Positions 18,467-27,939 of a stretch of 64,000 nt of DNA are shown piece by piece. The notes under the pieces were generated by a model. It saw only the letters and a program-made list of their open reading frames with translations, was not told the DNA's origin and made no database searches. Origin of the DNA: Vicinamibacterales bacterium (GTDB lineage: Bacteria; Acidobacteriota; Vicinamibacteria; Vicinamibacterales; UBA2999). Position 1 is the first letter of the stretch; each line of letters begins with the position of its first letter. Position numbers and translations under genes: made by a program. The stretch is from positions 138-64,137 of the forward strand of contig JBFWOG010000018.1 of NCBI GenBank assembly GCA_050250645.1, given 5' to 3'.

Positions 18467-19510
18467 GTGGACGTCCTCGACCACCTGACTGCGCACGGCC
18501 ACGAGCAGGTCACCATCGCCCGCGACCCCGCGGCGGGCTACGTCGGCATCGTCGCCATCCACAGCACCGCGCTCGGCCCGGCCGTCGGCGGCACGCGCCT
18601 CCGGGCCTACGGGTCGTTCGACGAGGCGCTGACCGACGCACTGCGCCTCTCGCGCGGCATGACCTACAAGAACGCCCTCGCGGGCCTGCCCTTCGGCGGC
18701 GGCAAGTCGGTGCTCCTCGGGCCGCCACCGCCGGATCGCGCGGCGTTCTTCCGGGCCCACGCCCGCGTCATCGAGCAGCTCGGGGGCGCCTACGTCGCCG
18801 GGGAGGACGTGGGGACGACCCCAGCCGACATGCAGGTGATGGCGGAGGTGACGCGGCACGTCGGCGGCCTGGTCTCGGGCGTGGGCGACCCGTCGCCCTA
18901 CACCGCCCACGGCGTACGCCGCGCCATGGAGGCCGCGGCCGACGCGCGGTGGGGGCCGGGGGGCCTGGCGGGCCGCACCGTCGCCATCCAGGGCCTCGGC
19001 AGCGTCGGGCGCCACCTCGCGTCGGAGCTCGCCGGGTTCGGCGCGCGCCTGATCGTCGCCGACGTGGACCCGGGCCGGGTCGAGGACGCCGTGGCCGCGC
19101 ACGGCGCGACGATGGCGGACCCGGCGGCCATCCACGCCGCGGCGGCCGACGTGTTCGCGCCCTGCGCCCTCGGCGGCGTGCTGGACGACGGGACGATTCC
19201 CGCCATCCGTGCCGCGATCGTCTGCGGCGCGGCGAACAACCAGTTGCTCGAACCCCGCCACGCCGGCGACCTGGCCGCGCGCGGCATCCTGTACGTGCCG
19301 GACTACGTCGCCAACGCGGGTGGAGTGATCAGCGGCAGCGTGGACCTGGCGGGCTGGCCCCGCGCGCGCATGACCGCGGCGCTCGACGGCATCTACGACA
19401 CGGTCCGGTGGGTGCTCGCGCTCGCCGACGCCGACCACCTCACGCCAGCCGCCGCCGCGGACCGCCTTGCCGAGCACCGGCTCGCCGCCGGGCGTGCCTC
19501 AGGAACCTGA
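18467..19510 (+). CDS. Glu/Leu/Phe/Val dehydrogenase (leucine-dehydrogenase-like)
   Basis: IAIHST.LGPA.GGTR-like motif, LSRGMTYKNA, GGGKSV, GEDVGT, QGLGSVG, CGAANNQL, PDYVANAGGVI. Confidence 0.95.
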   Translation: MDVLDHLTAHGHEQVTIARDPAAGYVGIVAIHSTALGPAVGGTRLRAYGSFDEALTDALRLSRGMTYKNALAGLPFGGGKSVLLGPPPPDRAAFFRAHARVIEQLGGAYVAGEDVGTTPADMQVMAEVTRHVGGLVSGVGDPSPYTAHGVRRAMEAAADARWGPGGLAGRTVAIQGLGSVGRHLASELAGFGARLIVADVDPGRVEDAVAAHGATMADPAAIHAAAADVFAPCALGGVLDDGTIPAIRAAIVCGAANNQLLEPRHAGDLAARGILYVPDYVANAGGVISGSVDLAGWPRARMTAALDGIYDTVRWVLALADADHLTPAAAADRLAEHRLAAGRASGT

Positions 19511-19545
19511 GGATTCCGGGTTCCTCAGGTTCCTCGGGTTCCCAA
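19499..19545 (+). repeat. 9-bp array, GGTTCC subtype (one inverted unit plus about 4 direct units)
   Basis: TCAGGAACC (inverted), then GGATTCCG GGTTCCTCA GGTTCCTCG GGTTCCCAA around the dehydrogenase stop. Confidence 0.7.
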
Positions 19546-19574
19546 CCTTCAATCTGAGATCTGCAATCTGAGAT

Positions 19575-20162
19575 CTATCTGTTGACCGTGACCACGACGC
19601 CCTCGCACGCGCGGGCGCCGTGGCGGCGGTAGCCATGCGGCTGGTCCGACTCGAAGTAGATCGAGTCGCCGGCGTCCAGGATGTGCTCGGTCTCGCCGAT
19701 GGTGATGCCGAGCCGCCCCGACTCGACCAGGACGAACTCTGATCCGGGATGGTCGTGGCGGCGCACGCGCGGGCCCGCCGCGAGGAAGCGGACCCAGTAG
19801 GCGTTCGACGCCCGCTCGGTGGCCTCGTAGTCCAGGCACTCGAACTCGAACACCGGCTCCCGGCCTCCCATCCGCTCGACGAAGCGCCGGCGCGCGGCTT
19901 TGCGGACGACGCCGACCCGCTGGCGCGCGGCGCCGGTCTGGAAGAAGTGGTCCAGCCCCACGCCGAAGACCAGCGCGATGCGGAGCAGCGTCGGCAGCGT
20001 CGGGAACAGCCGCCCGCGCTCCAGCTTCGACAACATCGCCGGCGACAGCCCCGTGTGGCGGCCCAGCTCGACGAGTCCCATCTTCTTCCGCAGCCGGAGG
20101 GACCGGATGCGGTCGCCGATGCCGTAGGTGCGCAGGCCGTCGGTCAGGGTCGGCGAAAGCAT
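19575..20162 (-). CDS. XRE-family HTH plus cupin transcriptional regulator
   Basis: IRSLR...GL.ELGRHTGLSPAMLSKLERG HTH; H.HPGSEF..VESG..GDSIYF...PHGY cupin; GAGGAG RBS before ATG 20162. Confidence 0.92.
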   Translation of the reverse strand: MLSPTLTDGLRTYGIGDRIRSLRLRKKMGLVELGRHTGLSPAMLSKLERGRLFPTLPTLLRIALVFGVGLDHFFQTGAARQRVGVVRKAARRRFVERMGGREPVFEFECLDYEATERASNAYWVRFLAAGPRVRRHDHPGSEFVLVESGRLGITIGETEHILDAGDSIYFESDQPHGYRRHGARACEGVVVTVNR

Positions 20163-20179
20163 TTTCTCCTCGCTCAAAT

Positions 20180-20208
20180 ATCGTATCGCTTCACGACACG
20201 ACATTCAA
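20180..20208 (-). promoter_or_regulatory. Sigma70 promoter TTGAAT-N17-TACGAT for the XRE regulator
   Basis: Minus-strand -35 at 20208-20203 and -10 at 20185-20180, with a 17-nt spacer. Confidence 0.7.
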
Positions 20209-20304
20209 ACGATCTGCGCCCGCCCCGGACCCCGCCGCGCGTCCCGCCGGTCCTACCTGTGAACGTCGGCTTACCCGTCAACACGCGTTACAGGAGTCTG
20301 CACC

Positions 20305-20799
20305 ATGAAGTCGTTCACTTCCCGCATCGCCCTCGGCCTCGCCGTCGCGGCGTTCGTGATCTCCGCCGGCGCCGGCGTCCGCGCCCAGGGCAAGGACATC
20401 GTCGACACCGCCGTCGCCGCGGGCCAGTTCAAGACCCTCGCCGCCGCCCTCCAGGCCGCCGGCCTCGTGGACACGCTGAAGGGCGACGGCCCGTTCACCG
20501 TCTTCGCGCCGACCGACGCGGCCTTCGCCAAGCTGCCGAAGGGCACCGTCGAGGAGCTGCTGAAGCCCGAGAACAAGGCCAAGCTGACCGCCATCCTCAC
20601 CTACCACGTCGTGCCGGGCAAGGTCATGGCCGCCGACGTCGTGAAGCTGACCGAAGCCAAGACCGTCGAGGGCGAGTCCCTGACGATCTCGACGATGGGC
20701 GGCACCGTGAAGGTGGACAACGCCACCGTGACGGCCACCGACATCGCGGCGTCGAACGGCGTCATCCACGTCATCGACACCGTCGTGCTGCCGAAGTAG
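20305..20799 (+). CDS. Secreted fasciclin (FAS1) domain protein
   Basis: Signal peptide; [26 protein letters not shown] and [11 protein letters not shown] motifs. Confidence 0.96.
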   Translation: MKSFTSRIALGLAVAAFVISAGAGVRAQGKDIVDTAVAAGQFKTLAAALQAAGLVDTLKGDGPFTVFAPTDAAFAKLPKGTVEELLKPENKAKLTAILTYHVVPGKVMAADVVKLTEAKTVEGESLTISTMGGTVKVDNATVTATDIAASNGVIHVIDTVVLPK

Positions 20800-20988
20800 C
20801 CCGCGCGCCCGCGAGCCGCCCCTGGCGTCTTCCACCTCGCGGGCCGTGGGCCGGCGGGATCCGGGACCGGCGCAGTCCCGGATCCCCGCCGCGTTCCGCG
20901 CGTGCCGCGCGGGACGAACGGCGGGACCAGCGCCACGCAGCCGATTCCCGTCCCCCCTCGGCGGCTCCACGCGCTACGCTGGGGCGAC

Positions 20989-21855
20989 ATGCGCCGCCAG
21001 CCTGCCGCGCGCGCCGCCTACGACGCCTTCCGCCCGGATGCCGCGCTCGCGCCCTTCATCGAGGGCATCTGGGTGCAGCAGGCGCCGCCGGCCCCGGCCG
21101 CGCCGCCCACCACCCTGCTGCCGATCGGCCGCATCGACCTCGCCATCCACTTCGGCGATCCCTTCGATCACGAGACCCCGTCCGGCTTCGCCCGCGTGCC
21201 GCGCGTGTACCTCTCGGGACAGCGCACGCGGCCGTGCCGCGCCAGGGCGACCGGGGCCACGGGGCTCGTCCTCGTGGCGATCCTGCCCTGGGCGGGCGAG
21301 GCCCTCTTCGGGTTCCCGATGGCGGCGATCGAGGACGGCGTGCTCGATCTCGCGGAGGTGACGGGGCGGCCGGCCGCCGACAGGCTGGCCTCGGAGGTCG
21401 CGGCCGTCACCGACGCCGCCGGCCGCGCGCGGGCCGCCGCGGCCTTCGTCCGGGCCCGCGCCGCGTCGGCCGTCGTCGATGCCCGCGTGCAGCACGCGGT
21501 CGCCGCGTTCAACCGGAGCTGGGGCGGGACAGGCGTGGACGAAGTCGCGCGGCGGGTGGGGCTCAGCCGGCGTCAACTCCTCCGCCGCTTCGACGAAGCG
21601 GTCGGCACCGCGCCGAAGACGTTCTCGCGCATCGTCCGGGGACAGAAGGCGCTCGGGCTGCTGCGGGCAGGCGCGGCGCCGGCCGACGCGGCGGCCCGCT
21701 GCGGCTACACCGACCAGGCCCACCTCACGCGGGAACTCGGCGCGCTGGCGGGCGGCTCCGCGGGGCGGCTCGTCGGGCTGCGCGAGGCCTCGCCGCTCAA
21801 GGCCGCCTTCAACCTGCCGGCGTTGTCCCATTTCTACAATACCGTCTATCTCTGA
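20989..21855 (+). CDS. AraC-family regulator (DUF6597-like N-domain plus HTH)
   Basis: P..ALAPFIE.IW, LLPIGRIDL, SRRQLLRRF...VG..PK and CGYTDQAHLTRE motifs; TACGCT 8 nt before ATG 20989. Confidence 0.88.
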   Translation: MRRQPAARAAYDAFRPDAALAPFIEGIWVQQAPPAPAAPPTTLLPIGRIDLAIHFGDPFDHETPSGFARVPRVYLSGQRTRPCRARATGATGLVLVAILPWAGEALFGFPMAAIEDGVLDLAEVTGRPAADRLASEVAAVTDAAGRARAAAAFVRARAASAVVDARVQHAVAAFNRSWGGTGVDEVARRVGLSRRQLLRRFDEAVGTAPKTFSRIVRGQKALGLLRAGAAPADAAARCGYTDQAHLTRELGALAGGSAGRLVGLREASPLKAAFNLPALSHFYNTVYL

Positions 21856-21873
21856 CGCTGGCAGGATGCGCGC

Positions 21874-23064
21874 ATGCCCATCCTCACCCCGCGGCGCGCG
21901 ACGGTCCACGCCCTCGCGGCGGCCCTCGCGGCGACCGCGAGCGTCGCCGTCACGCCACGCCCGGCCCCCGCGCAGGCCCCGCTCTTCGCGGACGACTTCG
22001 AGCGCGGCCTCGACGGCTGGCTGCTGAGCGCCCCGGACGTGACGACGACCGCCGACTCCGGCGACCCGGCGCACGGCCGCATCCTGGTGCTGACGCCGCG
22101 CGACGTCGCCCAGTACGCGCTCATCCGCGGGTCGGGGGCGTGGGGCCCCTACCGGATCGAGGGCGACGTGCTCTTCCCGACCAGCGAAGACAACTACCTC
22201 GGCTTCATCTATCACTACCGCGAGGCCGACGGCCGGCGGGACCTGGGCAGCATCTACATCAAGGGCAACGACTCGTACGTGCGCGTGAACCCGCGCCGCG
22301 ACTGGAACCCCGCCCGCCAGATGTACGACGAGTATCGGGTGGACCTGACGGGCGCGGACGCCATCGTCACGGGAACCTGGCAGCGCTTCGCCGCCGAGGT
22401 GTCGGGACACACGTGCCACTTCTACGTCGGCGACATGTCGCGGCCCAAGGTGACGTTCGACCTCTACGAGGGCGACACGGGGATGGCCGGCTTCAAGCCG
22501 CGCGTGGTGGGCGGTCCCGTGTGGCTGGACAACGTGCGCGCGGTCCCCATCGCGCGCCTCACGTGGAGCGGGCCGCGGATGCCGGCGGGCGCGTCGCCGA
22601 TGCCCGGCCGCTTCGTGACGGACTGGCGCGCACTCGGCCCCCTGGCGGCGACGGCGCCGGCGCTCGAGCGCCGCGCGCGGCCCGGCGACGGCGGGGCCGC
22701 CGGCGGCGAGGCCGTCCCGTGGGTGCCCTTCGGGACCGACGGACGCGGCGCCGTCGTCACCGGGCGCCTGACGTCGTTCCTCGGCCCGTCGACGGTGGCC
22801 TACTTCCTGACGACGGCCGACACGCCCGCGGGCGGCCGGCTGGCGTTCAGCACGATCGACGACCTGGCGATCTGGGTGGACGGGGTGTTCCAGGGCTACG
22901 TGAGCCGCGGCCGCACCGCGTGGTTCGACGCGGGTCTCAACCCGGACCATCCGCCGACGGCGAGCGTGTCCCTGCCGCCGGGTCGTCACGAGGTGCTGGT
23001 GCGGGTGCGCGGCGGGCAGTACGCCAGCGGCGGATTCTTCGCGTGGCTGGTCAGAACCCCCTGA
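21874..23064 (+). CDS. Secreted hypothetical protein: ConA/LamG-like domain plus galactose-binding-like domain
   Basis: Signal peptide; LFADDFERGLDGW start of mature domain; C-terminal W.ALGPL..DD.AIWVDG..L.PG.HEVLVRV pattern. Fold call is by pattern recognition only. Confidence 0.6.
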   Translation: MPILTPRRATVHALAAALAATASVAVTPRPAPAQAPLFADDFERGLDGWLLSAPDVTTTADSGDPAHGRILVLTPRDVAQYALIRGSGAWGPYRIEGDVLFPTSEDNYLGFIYHYREADGRRDLGSIYIKGNDSYVRVNPRRDWNPARQMYDEYRVDLTGADAIVTGTWQRFAAEVSGHTCHFYVGDMSRPKVTFDLYEGDTGMAGFKPRVVGGPVWLDNVRAVPIARLTWSGPRMPAGASPMPGRFVTDWRALGPLAATAPALERRARPGDGGAAGGEAVPWVPFGTDGRGAVVTGRLTSFLGPSTVAYFLTTADTPAGGRLAFSTIDDLAIWVDGVFQGYVSRGRTAWFDAGLNPDHPPTASVSLPPGRHEVLVRVRGGQYASGGFFAWLVRTP

Positions 23065-23893
23065 GGAGCGAGCCGAGGCCGATGGCGCTCTCCTTGACGG
23101 GAATGCGGAAGAGCTTCGCCGCGTTCTCGTAGAAGAGGAGCTGCTTGTCCTTGAGGGGCAGCTTCAGCTCCTCCATGAACCCGAGGTACGACTCGAGCGA
23201 CGAGATCGGCCAGTCGGTGCCGAAGAGCACCTTGCGGGGGTTCATGCCCCAGAGCAGCATCTCCTGGAGCTGCTTGCGCATGTACTCCTCGAAGCGATCG
23301 GAGAAGTCGCCGAGGACGAGGCCGGAGATGTCCGCGTACACGTTGTCGTTCTTGTAGACGACCTCCATGCAGTCGCGGAACCACGGGTTCCCGAGGTGGC
23401 AGATGACGAACTTCACGCGCGGGAAGTCGACGGCCACCTCGTCCACGTTGAGGGGGTGCGAGTACTTCACCTTGCCGGTGGGGGCGTAGGTGTCGCCGCT
23501 GTGGATCATGACGGGGACGTCGAACTCCTCGGCGAGGGCGTACGCGGGGGCGAGCTTCTCGTCGGCCGGGTAGAAGGGCTCGTAGCCGGGGTAGAGCTTG
23601 AGGCCCTTGATGGCCCGCTGCTCGAGCAGGTCGCGGAGTTCGTCGAGGTCGGCCTGGGTCAGGTTCTTCCACGAGATTCCGGCGACCACGTGGAGGTTGT
23701 CGATGCCGCGCGTCGCGTTGACGACCGCGCGCGTGGACGGGCGGCCGGGCACGACCTTGTACGACGTCAGGATGAGCGACACGTCCACGCGGTTGCGGCG
23801 CATCGACTGCAGCAGCTTCTGGATGCACTCGTCGAGCGCATCGACCGATTCGTCGTGGTAGTTGTTGACGTGCGTGTGGCAGTCGATGATCAT
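23051..23893 (-). CDS. Amidohydrolase_2 family metal-dependent hydrolase
   Basis: IIDCHTH, GLKLYPGY, PVMIHSG, ICHLGNP, YADISG and LFGTDWP motifs. Confidence 0.92.
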   Translation of the reverse strand: MIIDCHTHVNNYHDESVDALDECIQKLLQSMRRNRVDVSLILTSYKVVPGRPSTRAVVNATRGIDNLHVVAGISWKNLTQADLDELRDLLEQRAIKGLKLYPGYEPFYPADEKLAPAYALAEEFDVPVMIHSGDTYAPTGKVKYSHPLNVDEVAVDFPRVKFVICHLGNPWFRDCMEVVYKNDNVYADISGLVLGDFSDRFEEYMRKQLQEMLLWGMNPRKVLFGTDWPISSLESYLGFMEELKLPLKDKQLLFYENAAKLFRIPVKESAIGLGSLLRGF

Positions 23894-23900
23894 CCGCGCC

Positions 23901-24563
23901 TCACTTGCGGGTGTAGCGGTCGATGACCGAGGCGGCCCAGTCGCGGCCGCCCAGGCCGAAGGCGATGGCCAGCGCGAAGCACAGCGCGCTGAAGGCGATC
24001 TGGAACGCCGAGACCAGCACGCGGCTCTCGATGGCGAGCTGCTCGGCGGCCATGAACACGACGAAGCCGAGCACGGCGAGGCGCGCGAGCACCCCGATGG
24101 GCTCGGCGGCCGTGCTGCCGATGTTGTTGAGGTAGGTGTAGGCGATCGCGCCGACGACCCGCGCGAGCAGCGACCCGAAGACGAGGATGCCGAGCGCCAG
24201 GAAGAGGTTCGGCAGGTAGTTGACGAGGCGGGTGAAGAGCTCGCCGGCGGCCCGCACGCCCAGCGCGTCGAGCAGGGCGATGAAGATGCCGAGCAGGATC
24301 ACCCAGTAGACGGCCTCGGCGAGCAGCGTGACGGTCGTGAACCGGATGCCGCCCTGGATGAGGAAGTCCTCGATGCCGGCGCGCTCGGCCACCTCGTCCA
24401 GCCGGATGAAGCGGAACAGGCGGATGGCGAGGCGGCGGACGAGCCGGGCGACGATCCAGCCGGCGAACAGCAGGACGAGCGCGAGGCCCAGGTCGGGCAG
24501 GGCCTCGATGACCTGCCCCCACGTCCGTTCGAGCGAGGCCACGAGTCCCGTGGTCTCCGTCAT
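23901..24563 (-). CDS. Mechanosensitive-channel-associated TM-helix repeat protein (CmpX-like)
   Basis: LP.L..AL..L..GWIVARLV..; YLPNLFLA..IL.FG; AIAFGLGGRDWA. Confidence 0.8.
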   Translation of the reverse strand: MTETTGLVASLERTWGQVIEALPDLGLALVLLFAGWIVARLVRRLAIRLFRFIRLDEVAERAGIEDFLIQGGIRFTTVTLLAEAVYWVILLGIFIALLDALGVRAAGELFTRLVNYLPNLFLALGILVFGSLLARVVGAIAYTYLNNIGSTAAEPIGVLARLAVLGFVVFMAAEQLAIESRVLVSAFQIAFSALCFALAIAFGLGGRDWAASVIDRYTRK

Positions 24564-24670
24564 CGGCGATCTCCTCCCTCGCGCGCGGCGCGCGACTCCT
24601 GCGCATGGTACCGCCCGGCCGCCGGCCGCGCAAACGGCGCGGCGCGGATGCCCATGTTAGTATGCGCTCG

Positions 24671-25555
24671 ATGTCGTTCGAGCGGGTCTGGACGGCGACG
24701 ATCTTCCGCGTGAGCGGCCAGCCGATCACCGTCAGCAGCGTGGTGATCGCCACCCTGCTCGTGGCCGTCGGCTTCTTCGTGTCGCGCGCCGTGAGCCGCG
24801 CCACCGCCCGCACGCTCTCCCGCCGTGTCGCGCTCGAGCCGGGCGCCGCGAACGCCCTCGAGAGCCTCAGCTTCTACGCGCTGTTCATCGCCTTCGCGTT
24901 CACCTCGCTCAACCTGGTCAACTTCCCCCTCACGATCTTCACGATCGCGGGCGGCGCGGTCGCCATCGGCGTCGGGTTCGGCAGCCAGAACGTGATGAAC
25001 AACTTCATCAGCGGGCTGATCCTGCTCTTCGAGCGCCCGATCCGCGCGGGCGATCTCGTCGGCGTCGAAGGCACCTACGGGGTGGTCGAGCACATCGGCG
25101 GGCGCAGCACGCGCATCCGGACCGCCGACAACACCCACATGATCGTCCCCAACAGCCACCTGCTGGAGAACAGCCTCGTCAACTTCACGCTCTCCGACGA
25201 CGTCGTCCGGACGATGGTCCCCGTGGGGGTCGCGTACGGGTCGGACGTCCGGCTGGTCGAGCGGCTCCTCTACCAGGTCCTGCACGAGCACCCGGCGGTG
25301 CTGCAGGACCGGGACCCGCGCGTGCTCTTCACCGACTTCGGCGACAACGCGCTCGGCTTCGAGGCGATCTTCTGGCTGCGCGCACGGACCACGCTCGAGC
25401 GCCGGCAGGCGGAAAGCGACCTGCGCTACCGGATCGACGAGCTGTTCCGCCAGGCCGGCGTCGTGATCGCGTTCCCGCAGCGCGACGTCCACCTCGACAC
25501 GCTGGCGCCGCTCGACGTCCGCGTGGTCCACGAGCGGCCGCCGGAGGCGCCGTGA
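24671..25555 (+). CDS. MscS-family small-conductance mechanosensitive channel
   Basis: AIGVGFGSQN..NNFISGL.LL.ERPIR.GD, VPNS, VGVAYGSD and F.DFGD motifs; extended -10 TGtTAGTAT 7 nt upstream. Confidence 0.93.
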   Translation: MSFERVWTATIFRVSGQPITVSSVVIATLLVAVGFFVSRAVSRATARTLSRRVALEPGAANALESLSFYALFIAFAFTSLNLVNFPLTIFTIAGGAVAIGVGFGSQNVMNNFISGLILLFERPIRAGDLVGVEGTYGVVEHIGGRSTRIRTADNTHMIVPNSHLLENSLVNFTLSDDVVRTMVPVGVAYGSDVRLVERLLYQVLHEHPAVLQDRDPRVLFTDFGDNALGFEAIFWLRARTTLERRQAESDLRYRIDELFRQAGVVIAFPQRDVHLDTLAPLDVRVVHERPPEAP

Positions 25556-26628
25556 GCACGCGGTTCAGCAAGGCCCACCCCGCGGCCGGCGCGCGCCCCG
25601 GCACCCTCGTCATCCCGTCCGGCGCGCCCGCCCCGCGCATCGTCGTGATCCACTACACGGCGGACGCGGTCACCGAGCGCGCGCTCGCGGGCCCCGAGGA
25701 GCTCCCGCGGGAGTTCCCCGAGGGCAGCGTGACGTGGGTGGACGTCCAGGGCTACGGCGACGAGGCGACGATCCGCGCGATCGGCGACCACTTCCACATG
25801 TCGCCGCTGGCGATCGAGGACGCGGTCAACGCGCCCCAGCGCCCGAAGAGCGAGGCGTACCCCGCGCACCAGCTGGTCATCTCGCGCGTGCCGATCCCGG
25901 AGGGCGACGCGGACCTGATCCTGCCCCAGGTCTGCTTCGTCGTCGGGGAGCGCGTGCTCGTCACCTTCCAGGAGCGGTCGCTCGGGCTCTTCGCGCCGGT
26001 GCGCGAACGCATCCGGGCGGGGGTCGGCCCGATCCGGCGGGCGGGCGCGGACTACCTCGCCTACGCGCTGATCGACACGATGGTGGACCGCTACTACCCC
26101 GTGGCCGAGGCGGTCACGCGGGAGCTCGACGCCATCGAGGACTCGCTGCTCGAGGAGGTCGAGACCGAGGCGCTCGGGCGCCTGCGGCGGGTGCGGAGCC
26201 GCCTCGTGCTGCTCCGCCGCATCGGGCCGCCCCAGCGCGAGATGGTCGCCAACCTGCTGCGCGAGCCGTCGCCGTGGGTGACGCCGCAGGTGCGCGACTA
26301 CCTCCGCGACACCCACGACCACATCAGCCAGGTCGTCGAGCTCGTCGACGCCTCGCGGGAGATGGCGTCGGCCCTCGCCGACGAGCTGCTCTCGCTCGTC
26401 GGCCAGAAGACCAACGAGATCATGAAGGTGCTGACGCTCATGGCCAGCATCTTCATCCCCCTCACGTTCATCGCCGGCATCTACGGGATGAACTTCGAGA
26501 ACATGCCGGAGCTGCACGACCCGCGGGGCTACTTCGGCGTGCTCGCGCTCATGGCGCTCGTCGCCATCGGGATGATCCTCTACTTCGTCCGCCGCGGCTG
26601 GATGCGCTGGCCGACCCGCGACGACTAG
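25552..26628 (+). CDS. corA: Magnesium/cobalt transporter CorA
   Basis: TWVDVQG, EDAVN..QRPK.E, NEIMKVLT, TFIAGIYGMNF (GMN signature), MPEL. Confidence 0.95.
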   Translation: MSTRFSKAHPAAGARPGTLVIPSGAPAPRIVVIHYTADAVTERALAGPEELPREFPEGSVTWVDVQGYGDEATIRAIGDHFHMSPLAIEDAVNAPQRPKSEAYPAHQLVISRVPIPEGDADLILPQVCFVVGERVLVTFQERSLGLFAPVRERIRAGVGPIRRAGADYLAYALIDTMVDRYYPVAEAVTRELDAIEDSLLEEVETEALGRLRRVRSRLVLLRRIGPPQREMVANLLREPSPWVTPQVRDYLRDTHDHISQVVELVDASREMASALADELLSLVGQKTNEIMKVLTLMASIFIPLTFIAGIYGMNFENMPELHDPRGYFGVLALMALVAIGMILYFVRRGWMRWPTRDD

Positions 26629-26641
26629 CCCGGCCAGTCCG

Positions 26642-27859
26642 ATGGATCCGGTCGTCATCGCGATCTTCGTCCTCGTGTACACAGGGATGCTGCTCGGCGA
26701 GTTCCCCGGGCTCGCCCTCGACCGCACCGGCATCGCGCTGCTCGGCGCGATCGCACTCGTCGCAACCGATCGCCTGACGGTCGAAGCGGCGGCGGCGGCC
26801 ATCGACATGCCGACGATGGCGCTGCTGCTGGGCCTGATGGTGATCTCGGCGCAGCTCAGGCTCGGCGGCTTCTACACGGCCGTCACGCGCCGGGTCGGGC
26901 GGTCCGCGCACGGGCCGGCGGGGCTGCTGGCGCTCGTGGTCGCGGCCGCGGGCGGCCTGTCGGCCGTCCTCGCCAACGACATCGTCTGCCTCGCGATGGC
27001 CCCGGTGATCGTCGAGATCACCGCGCGGCGCGGCCTCGACCCGGTCCCGTTCCTGCTGGCGGTTGCCGCCGCCGCCAACGTCGGGTCGGCGGCGACCCTC
27101 ATCGGCAACCCGCAGAACATGCTCATCGGGCAGGCCCTGCACCTCCCCTTCTCGCGCTACCTCCTGGACGGCGGCGTCCCGGCGGCCGCGGGCCTCGTGG
27201 TGGTGTGGGCGGTCGTGTGTGCCGCGTGGCGGCACCGGTGGCGCCGCGCGATCCCGCCGCCTCCCGGCGCGCTGCCGGCGTACGACCGGAGGCAGACGGC
27301 GAAGGGCCTCATCGTGGTGGCGGCGGTGGTGCTGGCGTTCGTCCTGACCTCGTGGCCCCGGGAGGCCGTGGCGCTCGCGGGCGCCGGCGTGCTGCTGGCG
27401 AGCCGGCGGCTCGCGTCACGCGAGATGCTGGCGCTCGTCGACTGGCCGCTGCTGGTGCTCTTCGCGGGGCTCTTCGTGGTCAATCACGCGCTGGCCGCGT
27501 CCGGTGCGCTCGACGTCCTCATCGACGGCCTGCAGGCGGGCGGTGTGGCCATCAGGTCGCCGGCGACGCTCTTCGTGACGACGGCGGTGCTGTCCAACCT
27601 GGTGTCGAACGTCCCGGCCGTGATGCTGCTGCTCCCGGCGGCCGTCCATCCGGCGTCGGGCGCCGTCCTGGCCCTCGCGTCCACGCTGGCCGGCAACCTC
27701 GTCCTTGTCGGCAGCATCGCCAACCTGATCGTGGTGGACCAGGCGGCGCGGCTGGGCGTCCCGATCGGGTGGCGGGCGCACGCCCGGTTGGGCATCCCGA
27801 TCACCGTCATCACGCTGGCGCTGGCAGCCGGATGGCTGGCGCTCCTCGGGGGCGGCTGA
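26642..27859 (+). CDS. ArsB/NhaD (ion-transporter superfamily) anion permease
   Basis: [34 protein letters not shown] and [15 protein letters not shown] motifs; about 12 TM. Confidence 0.88.
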   Translation: MDPVVIAIFVLVYTGMLLGEFPGLALDRTGIALLGAIALVATDRLTVEAAAAAIDMPTMALLLGLMVISAQLRLGGFYTAVTRRVGRSAHGPAGLLALVVAAAGGLSAVLANDIVCLAMAPVIVEITARRGLDPVPFLLAVAAAANVGSAATLIGNPQNMLIGQALHLPFSRYLLDGGVPAAAGLVVVWAVVCAAWRHRWRRAIPPPPGALPAYDRRQTAKGLIVVAAVVLAFVLTSWPREAVALAGAGVLLASRRLASREMLALVDWPLLVLFAGLFVVNHALAASGALDVLIDGLQAGGVAIRSPATLFVTTAVLSNLVSNVPAVMLLLPAAVHPASGAVLALASTLAGNLVLVGSIANLIVVDQAARLGVPIGWRAHARLGIPITVITLALAAGWLALLGGG

Positions 27860-27939
27860 CGGGCCCCGGGCACGGGCGAGCGGGCCCGGGCGAGGCGCGC
27901 GGATCCGGGGTTTTGCGATACTCTGGACGTTTGGAAGCC

